A stretch of 32,000 nucleotides of DNA from Thermodesulfobacteriota bacterium (GTDB lineage: Bacteria; Desulfobacterota; WTBG01; JAGOGO01): positions 1,905,622 through 1,937,621 of the forward strand of contig CP113000.1 of the NCBI GenBank assembly GCA_026625185.1, written 5' to 3'. The position numbers were made by a program, and so were the translations under genes. This document shows positions 6,533 through 15,721 of this stretch, one piece after another. The notes under the pieces are model-generated. The model made no database searches. It saw only the letters and a program-made list of their open reading frames with translations, and had not been told where the DNA came from. Each line of letters opens with the position of its first letter. Positions within the stretch are counted from its first letter, which is position 1.

Positions 6533-9103
6533 CTATATGGGTTGTGACCAGGAAATAAGGCCGGGCAGAAACGGGGTTGACAGCAAAGGATGATAGGGAA
6601 GCACTCGTACGGTAAGGCCGTAATTGCCGCTTTTCTGACAGGAAGCACACCGTCCTTCGAAAAGGTATTTTCCATCCCCGAGTGAGCGCGCCGCATCCAT
6701 TTTGGTTGTTTCCGGAGAGATAATTAAGCCGAGAGCGTCAACTTTTCCGGAATATATTTCAACCGTAACATCGTCCGGGGTTACATTTCCAAGATTAATA
6801 ACTGATTGAACAGCCAGTTGAACATCTACGGTTAAATCGTTTAACGGTCCGGTGGTGACGGATTCAATCATTATTTTTGGCCAGTTTTTTTGAATATTTT
6901 CTTTCCAGGCCGAGAGCTTTTTAGCCTCCGTCAGGCCATTGGATAAAAATTGCTGATACCTGCGTGAGACCGGAATATAAAATCGTTCGGAGTATTCCTG
7001 CACCATCCGGTTGGTGTTGAAAAAATAACAGAGGTTGGCGATCGATTCTTTCATCTGGGCAACCCATTTTCGCGGTAGGTTGTCAACCCCGCGCTCATAG
7101 AAAAGAGGAACGATGTCTTCTTCCAGGAGGTCATAGATCGCCTCAGCTTCAATCTGATCCTGATAGGTTGAGTCAACATAGTCTTCGCCTCGTCCAATTG
7201 CCCAGCCCACTCCGGGTGAGTAGGCTTCGTCCCACCATCCATCCAGGATGCTCATGTTTAAAACCCCGTTGGCTGCGGCTTTCATTCCGCTGGTTCCGCT
7301 GGCCTCCATAAGGCGCCGGGGGGTGTTAAGCCAGAGATCGACCCCTTGCACCAAATAACGCGCCACGGCCATGTCGTATTCTTCAACGAAAACTATTTTT
7401 CTTCGAAAATCATCCCGCCTGACCAAATTGATGATGGACTGGATGAGCTTTTTACCTTCATCATCCTTGGGGTGGGCTTTGCCGGCAAAAATAATTTGGA
7501 CCGGTTTTTGAGAATTATTGAGAAGACGAGTCAACCGTTCCGGATCCTTGAGAATCAATGTTGCTCTTTTATAGGTGGCAAAACGCCGGGCGAAGCCGAT
7601 AGTCAAGATTTCAGGGTTTAATACCTCTTCAGCCACTTCGAGTTCCCTTTTGGAAGCGCCTAATTTTTCCAGACGCTTCCTTAGCCTCATGCGAACAAAT
7701 GCCACCAGACGTTCTCTTCTTCGTTCATGGGTGCGCCAGAGTTCTTCTCCGGAAATGCCGCCGGCTTTTTCCCAGATTTCTTTTTTGCCTGGTTCCTCCT
7801 GCCAGCGGGGACCTAAGTACCGGTCATATAACAAATTCATCTCCGCTGAGATCCAGGATCTGATATGCACTCCGTTGGTCACATGCCGGATGGGGATTTC
7901 ATCCTCCGGCACCTCCGGCCAAATACTTTTCCACATTTCGCGGGTGACTTTTCCGTGCAGTTTACTGACTCCGTTGCTGTAACTTGATAATCGTAAGGCC
8001 AGGGTCGTCATGCAGAACGGTTCGGTACTATCCTGAGGGTTTTTTCTTCCTAAAGCCATGAACTCACGCCAGTCCAATCCGAGGTCTTTGGCGTACTGAG
8101 AAAAATATTTTGTCATAAGGTCGTTGGGAAAGTAGTCGTGACCGGCAGGAACCGGGGTATGGGAGGTTAAAAGCAATCCTGCTGATGCTATCCCCTGAGC
8201 TTCCTTAAAGGTGAGACCATATTTTTTCATGAGGGAACGGATTAATTCGATTGACAGAAAAGCGGAATGTCCTTCATTCATATGAAAGACCGTGGGTTGG
8301 ATTCCGAGCATGTCCAGGGTCTGAAAACCTCCGATGCCCAGCACCACTTCCTGCTTGATCCGCATTTCGGAATCACCACCGTAAAGCTGATAGGTGATCT
8401 TCTTGTCGTCAGCGTTATTTTCCGGAATATTGGTATCCAATAGATAAAGAGGGATGCGCCCTACGCTGGCCCGCCAAATTTGTGCGGATACGGTTCTTCC
8501 GGGGAAGGGGATGGCCACTTTATACGGGGTACCGTCAGTTTTTTTCTCCGGGAGGAGCGGCAAATTATAAAAGTCATTTTCTTCATAGCTCTCCTGCTGC
8601 CAGCCGGCTTCATTGAGGTATTGGTGAAAATACCCTTCCTGATAAAGCAGGCCGACTCCGACGAGCGGGACGCCCAGGTCACTGGCGGATTTAAGATGAT
8701 CGCCGGCGAGCACTCCCAGACCGCCGGCAAAAATTGAAAGGCATTCGGTTATTCCGAACTCCGCGGAAAAATAGGCGATGCAGGCTTTGCCATCCTGTCC
8801 GCTGACGCGGGGAAACCAGCAGGCATCCTGTGATACATACCGCTGGAAATGGGCATAGACACCGCTCAAATGGCTCATAAAGCCTTCATCATCGAGCATG
8901 GATTGCAGGAGATGCTGATCAATTCTACCTAACATGAGCACGGGATTATGAAAACATTTTTCCCACAATTCACTGTCGAGCCTGCGGAAAAGTTCTATGG
9001 TGGCGTGATTCCAGGTCCAGCGAAAATTATAGGCAAGTTCTTTTAAAGGCAACAGTTTTTCGGGAATTGAAGGCGAAACATTAAATGTTTTGATCGGCTT
9101 CAT
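6533..9103 (-). CDS. glgP: Alpha-glucan phosphorylase (GT35, DUF3417-type N-terminus)
   Basis: 856 aa. N-terminus LAYNFRWTWNH; NEGHSAF; PLP-lysine region EASGTSGMKAAANGVLNMSILDGWW. Confidence 0.93.
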   Translation of the reverse strand: MKPIKTFNVSPSIPEKLLPLKELAYNFRWTWNHATIELFRRLDSELWEKCFHNPVLMLGRIDQHLLQSMLDDEGFMSHLSGVYAHFQRYVSQDACWFPRVSGQDGKACIAYFSAEFGITECLSIFAGGLGVLAGDHLKSASDLGVPLVGVGLLYQEGYFHQYLNEAGWQQESYEENDFYNLPLLPEKKTDGTPYKVAIPFPGRTVSAQIWRASVGRIPLYLLDTNIPENNADDKKITYQLYGGDSEMRIKQEVVLGIGGFQTLDMLGIQPTVFHMNEGHSAFLSIELIRSLMKKYGLTFKEAQGIASAGLLLTSHTPVPAGHDYFPNDLMTKYFSQYAKDLGLDWREFMALGRKNPQDSTEPFCMTTLALRLSSYSNGVSKLHGKVTREMWKSIWPEVPEDEIPIRHVTNGVHIRSWISAEMNLLYDRYLGPRWQEEPGKKEIWEKAGGISGEELWRTHERRRERLVAFVRMRLRKRLEKLGASKRELEVAEEVLNPEILTIGFARRFATYKRATLILKDPERLTRLLNNSQKPVQIIFAGKAHPKDDEGKKLIQSIINLVRRDDFRRKIVFVEEYDMAVARYLVQGVDLWLNTPRRLMEASGTSGMKAAANGVLNMSILDGWWDEAYSPGVGWAIGRGEDYVDSTYQDQIEAEAIYDLLEEDIVPLFYERGVDNLPRKWVAQMKESIANLCYFFNTNRMVQEYSERFYIPVSRRYQQFLSNGLTEAKKLSAWKENIQKNWPKIMIESVTTGPLNDLTVDVQLAVQSVINLGNVTPDDVTVEIYSGKVDALGLIISPETTKMDAARSLGDGKYLFEGRCASCQKSGNYGLTVRVLPYHPLLSTPFLPGLISWSQPI

Positions 9104-9157
9104 AACTTATTCTACTGAATATATTACTTTAAAAATTTTTTCAAGGAGATGGTAACT

Positions 9158-9186
9158 ATTGTATACTACTTATCGGCAAAACTCAA
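9158..9186 (-). promoter_or_regulatory. Possible sigma-70 promoter for glgP
   Basis: On the minus strand: TTGAGT, 17 nt, TACAAT, about 55 nt upstream of the glgP ATG. Confidence 0.3.
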
Positions 9187-9291
9187 GGAATTTATAATCA
9201 ATTATCGTGAAATTCCTTAAAGTTAGACCAAGGTTACAGAAAGTATCTTGTTCCATAACGCCTCGACAACCTGAATGCTCCGGCAAATTTT

Positions 9292-10374
9292 TCAACGAGG
9301 GTTAGGATTAAAACCCTTGTGAAGGAGCACACGGTCAACTGCTTCCAAAACATCTTCCACTGAAATAGAATCCATGCAACTGAGGTTTTGGCATTCCCGG
9401 ATGCGACAGGGATTACAGGAAACATCTTTGCGGATAACAATGGATTCTTCTTTTCCGAAGGGTGCGTTTTCTATGGGATCAGTGGGACCAAAAAGAGCGA
9501 TAACCGGCGTGCCAACGAATGCCGCCAGGTGCATGGGCGCAGTATCATTGCCGATGAAAAGATCACATCGTCTGATGACTTCAGCTAACTGGGTGAGAGT
9601 TTCGGTTTGGCAGAGAACATGACGGGGTTCGGTCATCTGTTTGAAAATATTATTGACCAGCTCTCTTTCATCGTTTCCAGCGGTAAAAAGAATGTTCCCG
9701 CTATATTTTTGAATAATCCTATCAGATAATCGGGCAAAACGGCTGAGGTCCCACCTTTTATAAGGGGTGCTGGGGCTGCTTCCGGGATGCATGATGACCT
9801 TAGGTCCGAAAGAAGCGGTCAATCGAGAAAAAATAGCGGAGGTTACAAACTCTCGGTCTTTTTCCGTAATCGGGATAAGGGGGTTATATTCATCAATGCG
9901 TAACCCGAGGTGCTTCACCAGCAAAAGATTTTTTTCCACCCGGTTGATTTTATAATCAGGAAGGGAGACCTGATCGTTGGTAAATAAAAAATTCCCTTCT
10001 TTGGAAAATTTCCGGGCGTAGCCGACCCGGCGCTTCACTCCCGTTAAAAAAGTGATGAGCCCGCTTTTTAAAAGACCGTGAAAATCGAGCACGAGATCGA
10101 AAGCTTCTTTTCTCAGGCTTTGGATAAACCTCACGAATTCCCTGAAAGTTTTTAAGTTCAAAGAGTTTTGTTGCCATTCTTTCCGGGGCACCACAAAAAC
10201 TTTATTTAAATCAGGGTGGTTTATTAAAAGAGAAGCAGCCCGATCCTCAACCACCCAGGCGATATAGGCATCAGGGAAGTTGTTCCGCAATGCCCTGAGG
10301 GCTGGAAGAGTGCGGATAACATCGCCGATTGCTCCCAGGCGCACCATAAGAATTCTTGGGTTTTTTATTTCCAT
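9292..10374 (-). CDS. Glycosyltransferase family 9 (LPS heptosyltransferase-like)
   Basis: 360 aa. N-terminus ILMVRLGAIGDVIRTLPALRALR; C-terminal half FIGNDTAPMHLAAFVGTPVIALFGPT. Both are hallmarks of GT9 (WaaC/WaaF-type) enzymes. Confidence 0.88.
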   Translation of the reverse strand: MEIKNPRILMVRLGAIGDVIRTLPALRALRNNFPDAYIAWVVEDRAASLLINHPDLNKVFVVPRKEWQQNSLNLKTFREFVRFIQSLRKEAFDLVLDFHGLLKSGLITFLTGVKRRVGYARKFSKEGNFLFTNDQVSLPDYKINRVEKNLLLVKHLGLRIDEYNPLIPITEKDREFVTSAIFSRLTASFGPKVIMHPGSSPSTPYKRWDLSRFARLSDRIIQKYSGNILFTAGNDERELVNNIFKQMTEPRHVLCQTETLTQLAEVIRRCDLFIGNDTAPMHLAAFVGTPVIALFGPTDPIENAPFGKEESIVIRKDVSCNPCRIRECQNLSCMDSISVEDVLEAVDRVLLHKGFNPNPR

Positions 10375-10505
10375 GGGGGCTATTTTATCGGAGTGATGCT
10401 CTTTGTCAATAAGATAACTGCCTTAATCTAATGAATTTCCTTGTAAAATAACGTGAGTTATGGTTTAGTATCATATTCTTAACAATAAGCATTTTTCAAA
10501 CAACC

Positions 10506-11387
10506 ATGTTCTGCAAAAAAAACATTCCTCCCGCATACAGCCTCATCGAACAAGGAAAGAGAGCCATCATTGTCAAGGATGACTGGAAGGATAATCTCCT
10601 TACGGTTGGGATTACTGATCCGGACTTTTTTTTAAAACAATCCTTCCCAGAAAAAGAAAATTATTTTGGAAGAGGAGCGTTAAAAGTTGTCGCTTTATCG
10701 GTAGAGTCCGACGAGAGGATGGTTATCCGCCATTTTCAACGCGGGGGAATGATTCACAAACTTATTCCAGACCTTTATTTTGGAACGTCACGGCCTTTAA
10801 AAGAGCTTTGGGTCGGATACCGGGCAAAAGAAAAAGGAGTTCCCACTGCTGATATAATAGCTGCCTGCCATACCAAGGTCTTCTGGAAATTTCACCAGGG
10901 AGATCTGATCACCAGAGAAATTAAGGATGGTAAAGACCTCGCGACCTATCTCAAGGAAATAGGACAGCCTTTAACCAGGGAAAAGGTTTTGGAGAAAAGG
11001 CGCGTTATCATAGAGGTGGGTAAACTGGTGCGCTCGATGCATGAGGCGGGTATTTTTCATGGCGACCTCAACCTGAAAAATATTATCCTCCAAACAACTG
11101 ATCCTCAAAATACAAAGGGATATCTTATTGACTTTGACAAGTCTTTTATCCGGTCTCATTTGAGGGAAACCCTGAGAATTCGCAATCTCCTTCGCTTAAA
11201 CCGTTCCACGGAAAAATTTAAAAAACAGGGATTGCCTATTACGCGCACTGATACTTTCCGGTTCCTTTTAGCATACTTTCAGAACTCGCCTGACTTTAAA
11301 GCTCGTTTTAAAGAGTTTAACCTTCAGTATAAACGGCATATGCTTTTTCATCGGTTTGGAGAGAAACTTTCAAAGCTCTTTTGTTGA
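10506..11387 (+). CDS. Lipopolysaccharide kinase (Kdo/WaaP/InaA) family protein
   Basis: 293 aa. Catalytic-loop motif GIFHGDLNLKNIIL followed by LIDFDKS, and a family-typical C-terminal RNLLRLNRS. Divergent from the GT9 gene. Confidence 0.8.
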   Translation: MFCKKNIPPAYSLIEQGKRAIIVKDDWKDNLLTVGITDPDFFLKQSFPEKENYFGRGALKVVALSVESDERMVIRHFQRGGMIHKLIPDLYFGTSRPLKELWVGYRAKEKGVPTADIIAACHTKVFWKFHQGDLITREIKDGKDLATYLKEIGQPLTREKVLEKRRVIIEVGKLVRSMHEAGIFHGDLNLKNIILQTTDPQNTKGYLIDFDKSFIRSHLRETLRIRNLLRLNRSTEKFKKQGLPITRTDTFRFLLAYFQNSPDFKARFKEFNLQYKRHMLFHRFGEKLSKLFC

Positions 11388-11450
11388 CTTTTTTACCCGA
11401 TAAGATTAAATGAAAGAAAAAATATTAAACTCCGCGACCAATAATCACAG

Positions 11451-11529
11451 TTAACCCTGTTAGAAGAATTTCACACGGCGCATTTATCCTGCGCTTCTTA
11501 ACCCTGTTAGATATTTGATAGCTAACAGG
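11451..11529. repeat. Exact 14-bp direct repeat (x2) plus an inverted half-site
   Basis: TTAACCCTGTTAGA occurs at about 11451-11464 and 11498-11511. CTAACAGG (reverse complement of CCTGTTAG) at about 11522-11529 forms an 8-bp stem with the second copy. Confidence 0.8.
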
Positions 11530-11585
11530 CAAGCGAGGCATTTCTAAGAGGGTACAAAATTGGTGTCGCTGAGGAAGGGGCCTTC

Positions 11586-11831
11586 ATGATTGACAAAAAT
11601 AAAAACAAGGCTGGATTGCCAGATAAAGAAACGCAACCGCTCTTTTTATTTTGGGAAAACCATCAGGTCTACACATTTGACAAACAGGAACGATCCAGAC
11701 ACTTATTGCAAGGGGCGGAGCTGAGGAAACGTCCAGAAAATTATAACAATCATCTTGGCAATGAAATGAGGAAAAGTAGCCTGTTCTCTTTTCCATACGC
11801 ACACGCCTCGCAGCAGTGTTTAGTGTTGTAG
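11586..11831 (+). CDS. Hypothetical 81-aa ORF (doubtful)
   Basis: It is preceded by GAGGAAGGGG about 5 nt upstream of the ATG, but the product (MIDKNKNKAGLPDKETQPLF...) has no recognisable motif. An equally long ORF exists on the opposite strand. Confidence 0.2.
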   Translation: MIDKNKNKAGLPDKETQPLFLFWENHQVYTFDKQERSRHLLQGAELRKRPENYNNHLGNEMRKSSLFSFPYAHASQQCLVL

Positions 11832-11929
11832 CATCATATCGTTATTTACTTAGTTGCAATGCTTATTTGGGCAACAGTCCGTCAAGAACTTCCCCCAATG
11901 CGCTTCCGGCAGGTTGCTGAAAAAGTTTT

Positions 11930-11957
11930 TTCACAATGCGCTTACATCGGGTATAAT
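11930..11957 (+). promoter_or_regulatory. Possible sigma-70 promoter of the THUMP methyltransferase gene
   Basis: TTCACA, 16 nt, TATAAT, about 35 nt upstream of ATG 11992. Confidence 0.4.
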
Positions 11958-11991
11958 CACAATTTCAAGAAAGCAGTAAAAAAGATTTCTC

Positions 11992-13164
11992 ATGAAAAAT
12001 CGAATTCTCATAACCTGCCCCAAGGGGATCGCCCCGATTCTGGGTGAAGAAATACGCGCGCTCGGTCTGCCGGTCAACGCTGAAATAGCGGCGGGGGTTG
12101 AAACTATCGGGAGCATGTTAGACTGCATGAAGCTGAACCTGCATATCCGTACGGGACACCGGGTCCTCTTCTTCATCAAGGAATTCAGCGCTTCAACGCC
12201 CCAGAATTTTTATCAGGGCATCAAACGCATCCGTTGGGAAGACCTCATTCCTGAAACCGAATATGTCAGCGTTTCCTCCTCCGTGGATAACCCGTGCATA
12301 CAGAACACGCAATTCGCCAACCAGAAGTGCAAGGACGCCATCATGGACCGCATGAGAGAAAGCTGCGGCAGGCGCCCCGATTCGGGCCCGGACAAAACCG
12401 GGGTCGCGGTCTTCGTTTACTGGAAAGGGAGCAATTGCAGGGTTTATCTTGATACATCCGGAGAACCTTTGGCGCGACGCGGCTATCGCAAAATTCCCTT
12501 TAAGGCCCCCATGCAGGAGACGCTCGCGGCGGCCGTTATCCTGTCAACCGGCTGGAGAGGCAAGGGGAATTTTCTGAACCCGATGTGCGGAAGCGGTACG
12601 CTGGGGATCGAGGCTGCCCTGATCGGATTGGACAAGGCGCCCGGTCTGCTCAGGACCAATTTTGCCTTTATGCATCTCCGGGATTTCCGGCGTGCCGAAT
12701 GGAACGCTTTGCGGCAGGAGGCAAGAAGAAAAAGCAAAAAGGGGTTTGAGGGAAAAATGATCCTGACGGATCTCGATCCTAAAGCCGTTCGGGCGGCACA
12801 ACAAAATGCCCTCACAGCAGGCGTCGACCACCTGATGACGTTCGGGGTCTGCGACTACTTGGAAACGCCGGTACCGGCGGACGGCGGCATTATCGTCATT
12901 AATCCCGAATATGGTGAACGACTCGGCGTGGTAAAGGAGCTGGAAACCGTTTACGAAGGGATGGGAAATTTTTTTAAACGGCGCTGCAACGGCTACACGG
13001 GTTATATTTTTACCGGAAATCCCGATCTCGCCAAAAAAGTAGGGCTAAAAACCAGCCGTCGCCTGATTTTCTTCAGCAGCCGGATCGAATGCCGGCTGCT
13101 TGAGTACAAACTTTATGAGGGAAGCAGGAAGGTTTCCCAAAATCAAAACAAAGACGATCAATGA
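11992..13164 (+). CDS. THUMP-domain class I SAM-dependent RNA methyltransferase (RlmL/YpsC-like)
   Basis: 390 aa. N-terminal THUMP-type region ILITCPKGIAPILGEEIRALGL; SAM motif I FLNPMCGSGTLGIEAAL; motif IV variant VINPEYGERLG. Confidence 0.85.
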   Translation: MKNRILITCPKGIAPILGEEIRALGLPVNAEIAAGVETIGSMLDCMKLNLHIRTGHRVLFFIKEFSASTPQNFYQGIKRIRWEDLIPETEYVSVSSSVDNPCIQNTQFANQKCKDAIMDRMRESCGRRPDSGPDKTGVAVFVYWKGSNCRVYLDTSGEPLARRGYRKIPFKAPMQETLAAAVILSTGWRGKGNFLNPMCGSGTLGIEAALIGLDKAPGLLRTNFAFMHLRDFRRAEWNALRQEARRKSKKGFEGKMILTDLDPKAVRAAQQNALTAGVDHLMTFGVCDYLETPVPADGGIIVINPEYGERLGVVKELETVYEGMGNFFKRRCNGYTGYIFTGNPDLAKKVGLKTSRRLIFFSSRIECRLLEYKLYEGSRKVSQNQNKDDQ

Positions 13165-13226
13165 GCGTTAAATTTTTTTTGCCCTTTCCCCGGGATTAAA
13201 CCACTTACGAAGATTCATAACCTACT

Positions 13227-14246
13227 ATGCGTAAAACGGTAACTTTTCTTTTTTGCGCCTTACTTTTTTTAACTGCTGAAGCGCTGTCAGCTGAGGTGGG
13301 GAAAAATTTACCCGCAGTGATCGAAAACTCGCTGGGCATGAAGTTGGTTCTTATCCAAGCTGGGGAATTTAAGATGGGAAGCGATGAGTCGCCCGAGGCG
13401 CTTGCCAAGGCATTTCCACAATATGACCGCCGGCGTTTCCTGAATATCGTCGACGAGGCGCCCGTGCACAGGGTCCGAATCACCCGATCGTTCTACCTCG
13501 GGCAGCATGAAGTTACTGTTGGTCAGTTCAAAAACTTTTTGGCAGCATCGGGCTATATACCGGAATCAATCGCGGACGGCACCGGCGGCTACGGGTATAA
13601 CCCTGCTTACGATCCCAAAACCTCGAAACGGGGCGATGCCTTTGAAGGGCGAAGCCCAGTCTATTCATGGCTAAATCCTGGTTTTGATCAAGGGGACAAT
13701 TATCCGGTGATTAATGTCACCTGGAACGATGCGGTGGCGCTGAGCCGATGGCTCAGCGAAAGGGAAGGAAAAAAATATCGCCTGCCTACCGAGGCTGAAT
13801 GGGAGTATGCCTGCCGCGCCGGCACTCAAATGCGGTATTACAGCGGTGACAAGCCTCAATCATTGTTAAAGGTCGCCAATACCTTTGACGCTAAGACCGC
13901 AAGGAACTGGCCGCAATGGCAAGCATATGCCTTGACGGGGCGCGATGGTTTCGCATTTACGGCTCCGGTGGGGAGTTTCGCGCCGAACGCATGGGGTCTA
14001 TACGACATGCACGGCAACGCATGGGAGTGGGTTGCCGACTGGTACGGTGAAAACTACTATGCCAACTCGCCGGTGGATGATCCCCAGGGACCTGCCACGG
14101 GCTCGGTGCGGGTGCGCCGGGGCGGATCATGGCACACATGGTCGTTTTATTGCCGGACTTCATTCCGCAATTGGAATACACCGCAGACACGCTACACGCT
14201 GGTCGGCATACGGTTGTTGCGCGAAGTCGCTGTGGACCATCCTTGA
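13227..14246 (+). CDS. Secreted formylglycine-generating-enzyme (SUMF1/EgtB/PvdO) family protein, non-canonical active site
   Basis: Signal peptide MRKTVTFLFCALLFLTAEALSA. FGE-domain motifs LPTEAEWEYACRAG, GLYDMHGNAWEWVADWY and RVRRGGSWHTWSFYCRTSFRN. Confidence 0.88.
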   Translation: MRKTVTFLFCALLFLTAEALSAEVGKNLPAVIENSLGMKLVLIQAGEFKMGSDESPEALAKAFPQYDRRRFLNIVDEAPVHRVRITRSFYLGQHEVTVGQFKNFLAASGYIPESIADGTGGYGYNPAYDPKTSKRGDAFEGRSPVYSWLNPGFDQGDNYPVINVTWNDAVALSRWLSEREGKKYRLPTEAEWEYACRAGTQMRYYSGDKPQSLLKVANTFDAKTARNWPQWQAYALTGRDGFAFTAPVGSFAPNAWGLYDMHGNAWEWVADWYGENYYANSPVDDPQGPATGSVRVRRGGSWHTWSFYCRTSFRNWNTPQTRYTLVGIRLLREVAVDHP

Positions 14247-14356
14247 AGTCTTGAGTGAGTATTTAATATGGGTTAGGTCTTGAAAAGGGGTAAGGGATGG
14301 GGGTCCGTTCATGCGAGGTGGCGTTGAACCAAAATTGTAAAGGAAAGGAGAAAATT

Positions 14357-14716
14357 ATGAAAAAGGCAGAATTAAAGAATTTTGGGACACCGGACGAGGT
14401 GCGTGAGTTTCCCAAAGGAAGAGTCGAGCTGATTAAGGTAGGTGGGGCCACTGTTGGCCGCGCCATTCTTGAGCCTGGCTGGCGATGGGCAACCTCCGTG
14501 CAGCCAATCGCCAAAACCAAAAGCTGTGAAGCTCCTCACTTCCAGTATCATGTTTCCGGTGTCCTGAGGGTTCGGATGGAAGATGGGACGGAGTTTGACT
14601 GCAAACCCGGCGATGTTTCTCTGCTTCCCTCCGGACATGATGCATGGGTGGTGGGCGACCAGCCGGCAATCGTCATTGACTTCCAAGGGATGATTGACTA
14701 CGCGAAGGCTCGCTGA
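14357..14716 (+). CDS. Cupin domain protein
   Basis: About 119 aa from ATG 14357 (GGAGAAAATT upstream; the track ORF opens at 14297). Beta-barrel motifs HFQYHVSGVLRVRMEDGTEFDCKPGDVSLLPSGHDAW. Confidence 0.8.
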   Translation: MKKAELKNFGTPDEVREFPKGRVELIKVGGATVGRAILEPGWRWATSVQPIAKTKSCEAPHFQYHVSGVLRVRMEDGTEFDCKPGDVSLLPSGHDAWVVGDQPAIVIDFQGMIDYAKAR

Positions 14717-14803
14717 GCTGGCTCAATGACGAAAGATAAGGAAAGAGTTTATAAAATTATAAGATTTCTTTTGACAATGAAATAAGGATAAGTAATCAGT
14801 CCC

Positions 14804-15574
14804 TTGTCTTCACAGTCTGTGTTTGCAGTGTTATACAGACTCTATGATATTGTCAGCCACCAAACTCATCACGACAATAGTGAGGTAAACTTGTCTATCT
14901 TAAAATTGACCATCGGCATCGTCCTAAATGTGGCCATCTTCGGTTTTTCCCTGTTCTTGCCGGCAGGTACTTTGGATTGGTGGCGTGCTTGGGTGTTTCT
15001 CGGTGTGGATTGTGTTGGCGTGGTGGCGAGCACCGTGAGCCTCTCCCGCATCAAACAGGGGGTGCTCGAAGAACGCTTCAAACTACCAATCCAGAAGGGA
15101 CAACCGCTCTCGGACAAGTTCATCGTGGTCCTGCTTATCGCGTCGTTTGTCGGTGTGATTGTCTTTGTCCCCTTGGATGTCTTTCGGTTTCATCTGATGG
15201 CTAAGCCAGGGCCTTTTGTTTCGTCATTAGGGCTTGTTCTTTTTGTCGCGGGCTGGTGGGTGATGACTCTTGCTTTAAAGGAGAATGCCTTCGCGGTGCC
15301 GGCAGTGAAGTATCAGGAAGAAAGGCATCAAAGAGTTATTGATAGCGGAGTCTACAGTATAGTCCGACATCCGATGTACGCGGCCGCTATCCCGCTGATG
15401 GTCGGCATGCCGCTGTGGCTGGAATCGTACGCGGCGGCCATATTTGCAGGCGTTCCAATCGTTACGCTCGTTCTGCGCATACTGATCGAGGAACAGTTCT
15501 TAAAACGGGAACTGGCAGGCTACGACGCCTATACGGAGAGCGTCCGGTACCGGCTCATCCCGTTTCTCTGGTAA
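14804..15574 (+). CDS. Isoprenylcysteine carboxyl methyltransferase (ICMT/PEMT-like) family membrane protein
   Basis: Multi-TM protein with the family motif VIDSGVYSIVRHPMYAAAIPLMVGMPLWLESY. The start is uncertain (the track start is TTG 14804). Confidence 0.8.
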   Translation: MSSQSVFAVLYRLYDIVSHQTHHDNSEVNLSILKLTIGIVLNVAIFGFSLFLPAGTLDWWRAWVFLGVDCVGVVASTVSLSRIKQGVLEERFKLPIQKGQPLSDKFIVVLLIASFVGVIVFVPLDVFRFHLMAKPGPFVSSLGLVLFVAGWWVMTLALKENAFAVPAVKYQEERHQRVIDSGVYSIVRHPMYAAAIPLMVGMPLWLESYAAAIFAGVPIVTLVLRILIEEQFLKRELAGYDAYTESVRYRLIPFLW

Positions 15575-15721
15575 GAGGGTTAGATAATCCCTTGCAACTG
15601 CAACCACAGGTGAGCTGGCTCGTGATACACGAGCTGTTCCACAAAAAAATATGAATTTATGACCAAAGGCGAAAGCAGGTAACCAGAAAGGACTTAAATA
15701 CTGGTTCGTCCTGACATTCGC

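Noticed and set aside
13227-14246. FGE-like protein as the maturase of the sulfatase-like enzyme at 5297..6508
   Set aside because: The sulfatase-fold protein lacks the C/S-x-P-x-R target motif (it has Thr at the nucleophile position). The FGE-like protein lacks one catalytic Cys. The genes are 7 kb apart, on opposite strands, and in different compositional blocks.
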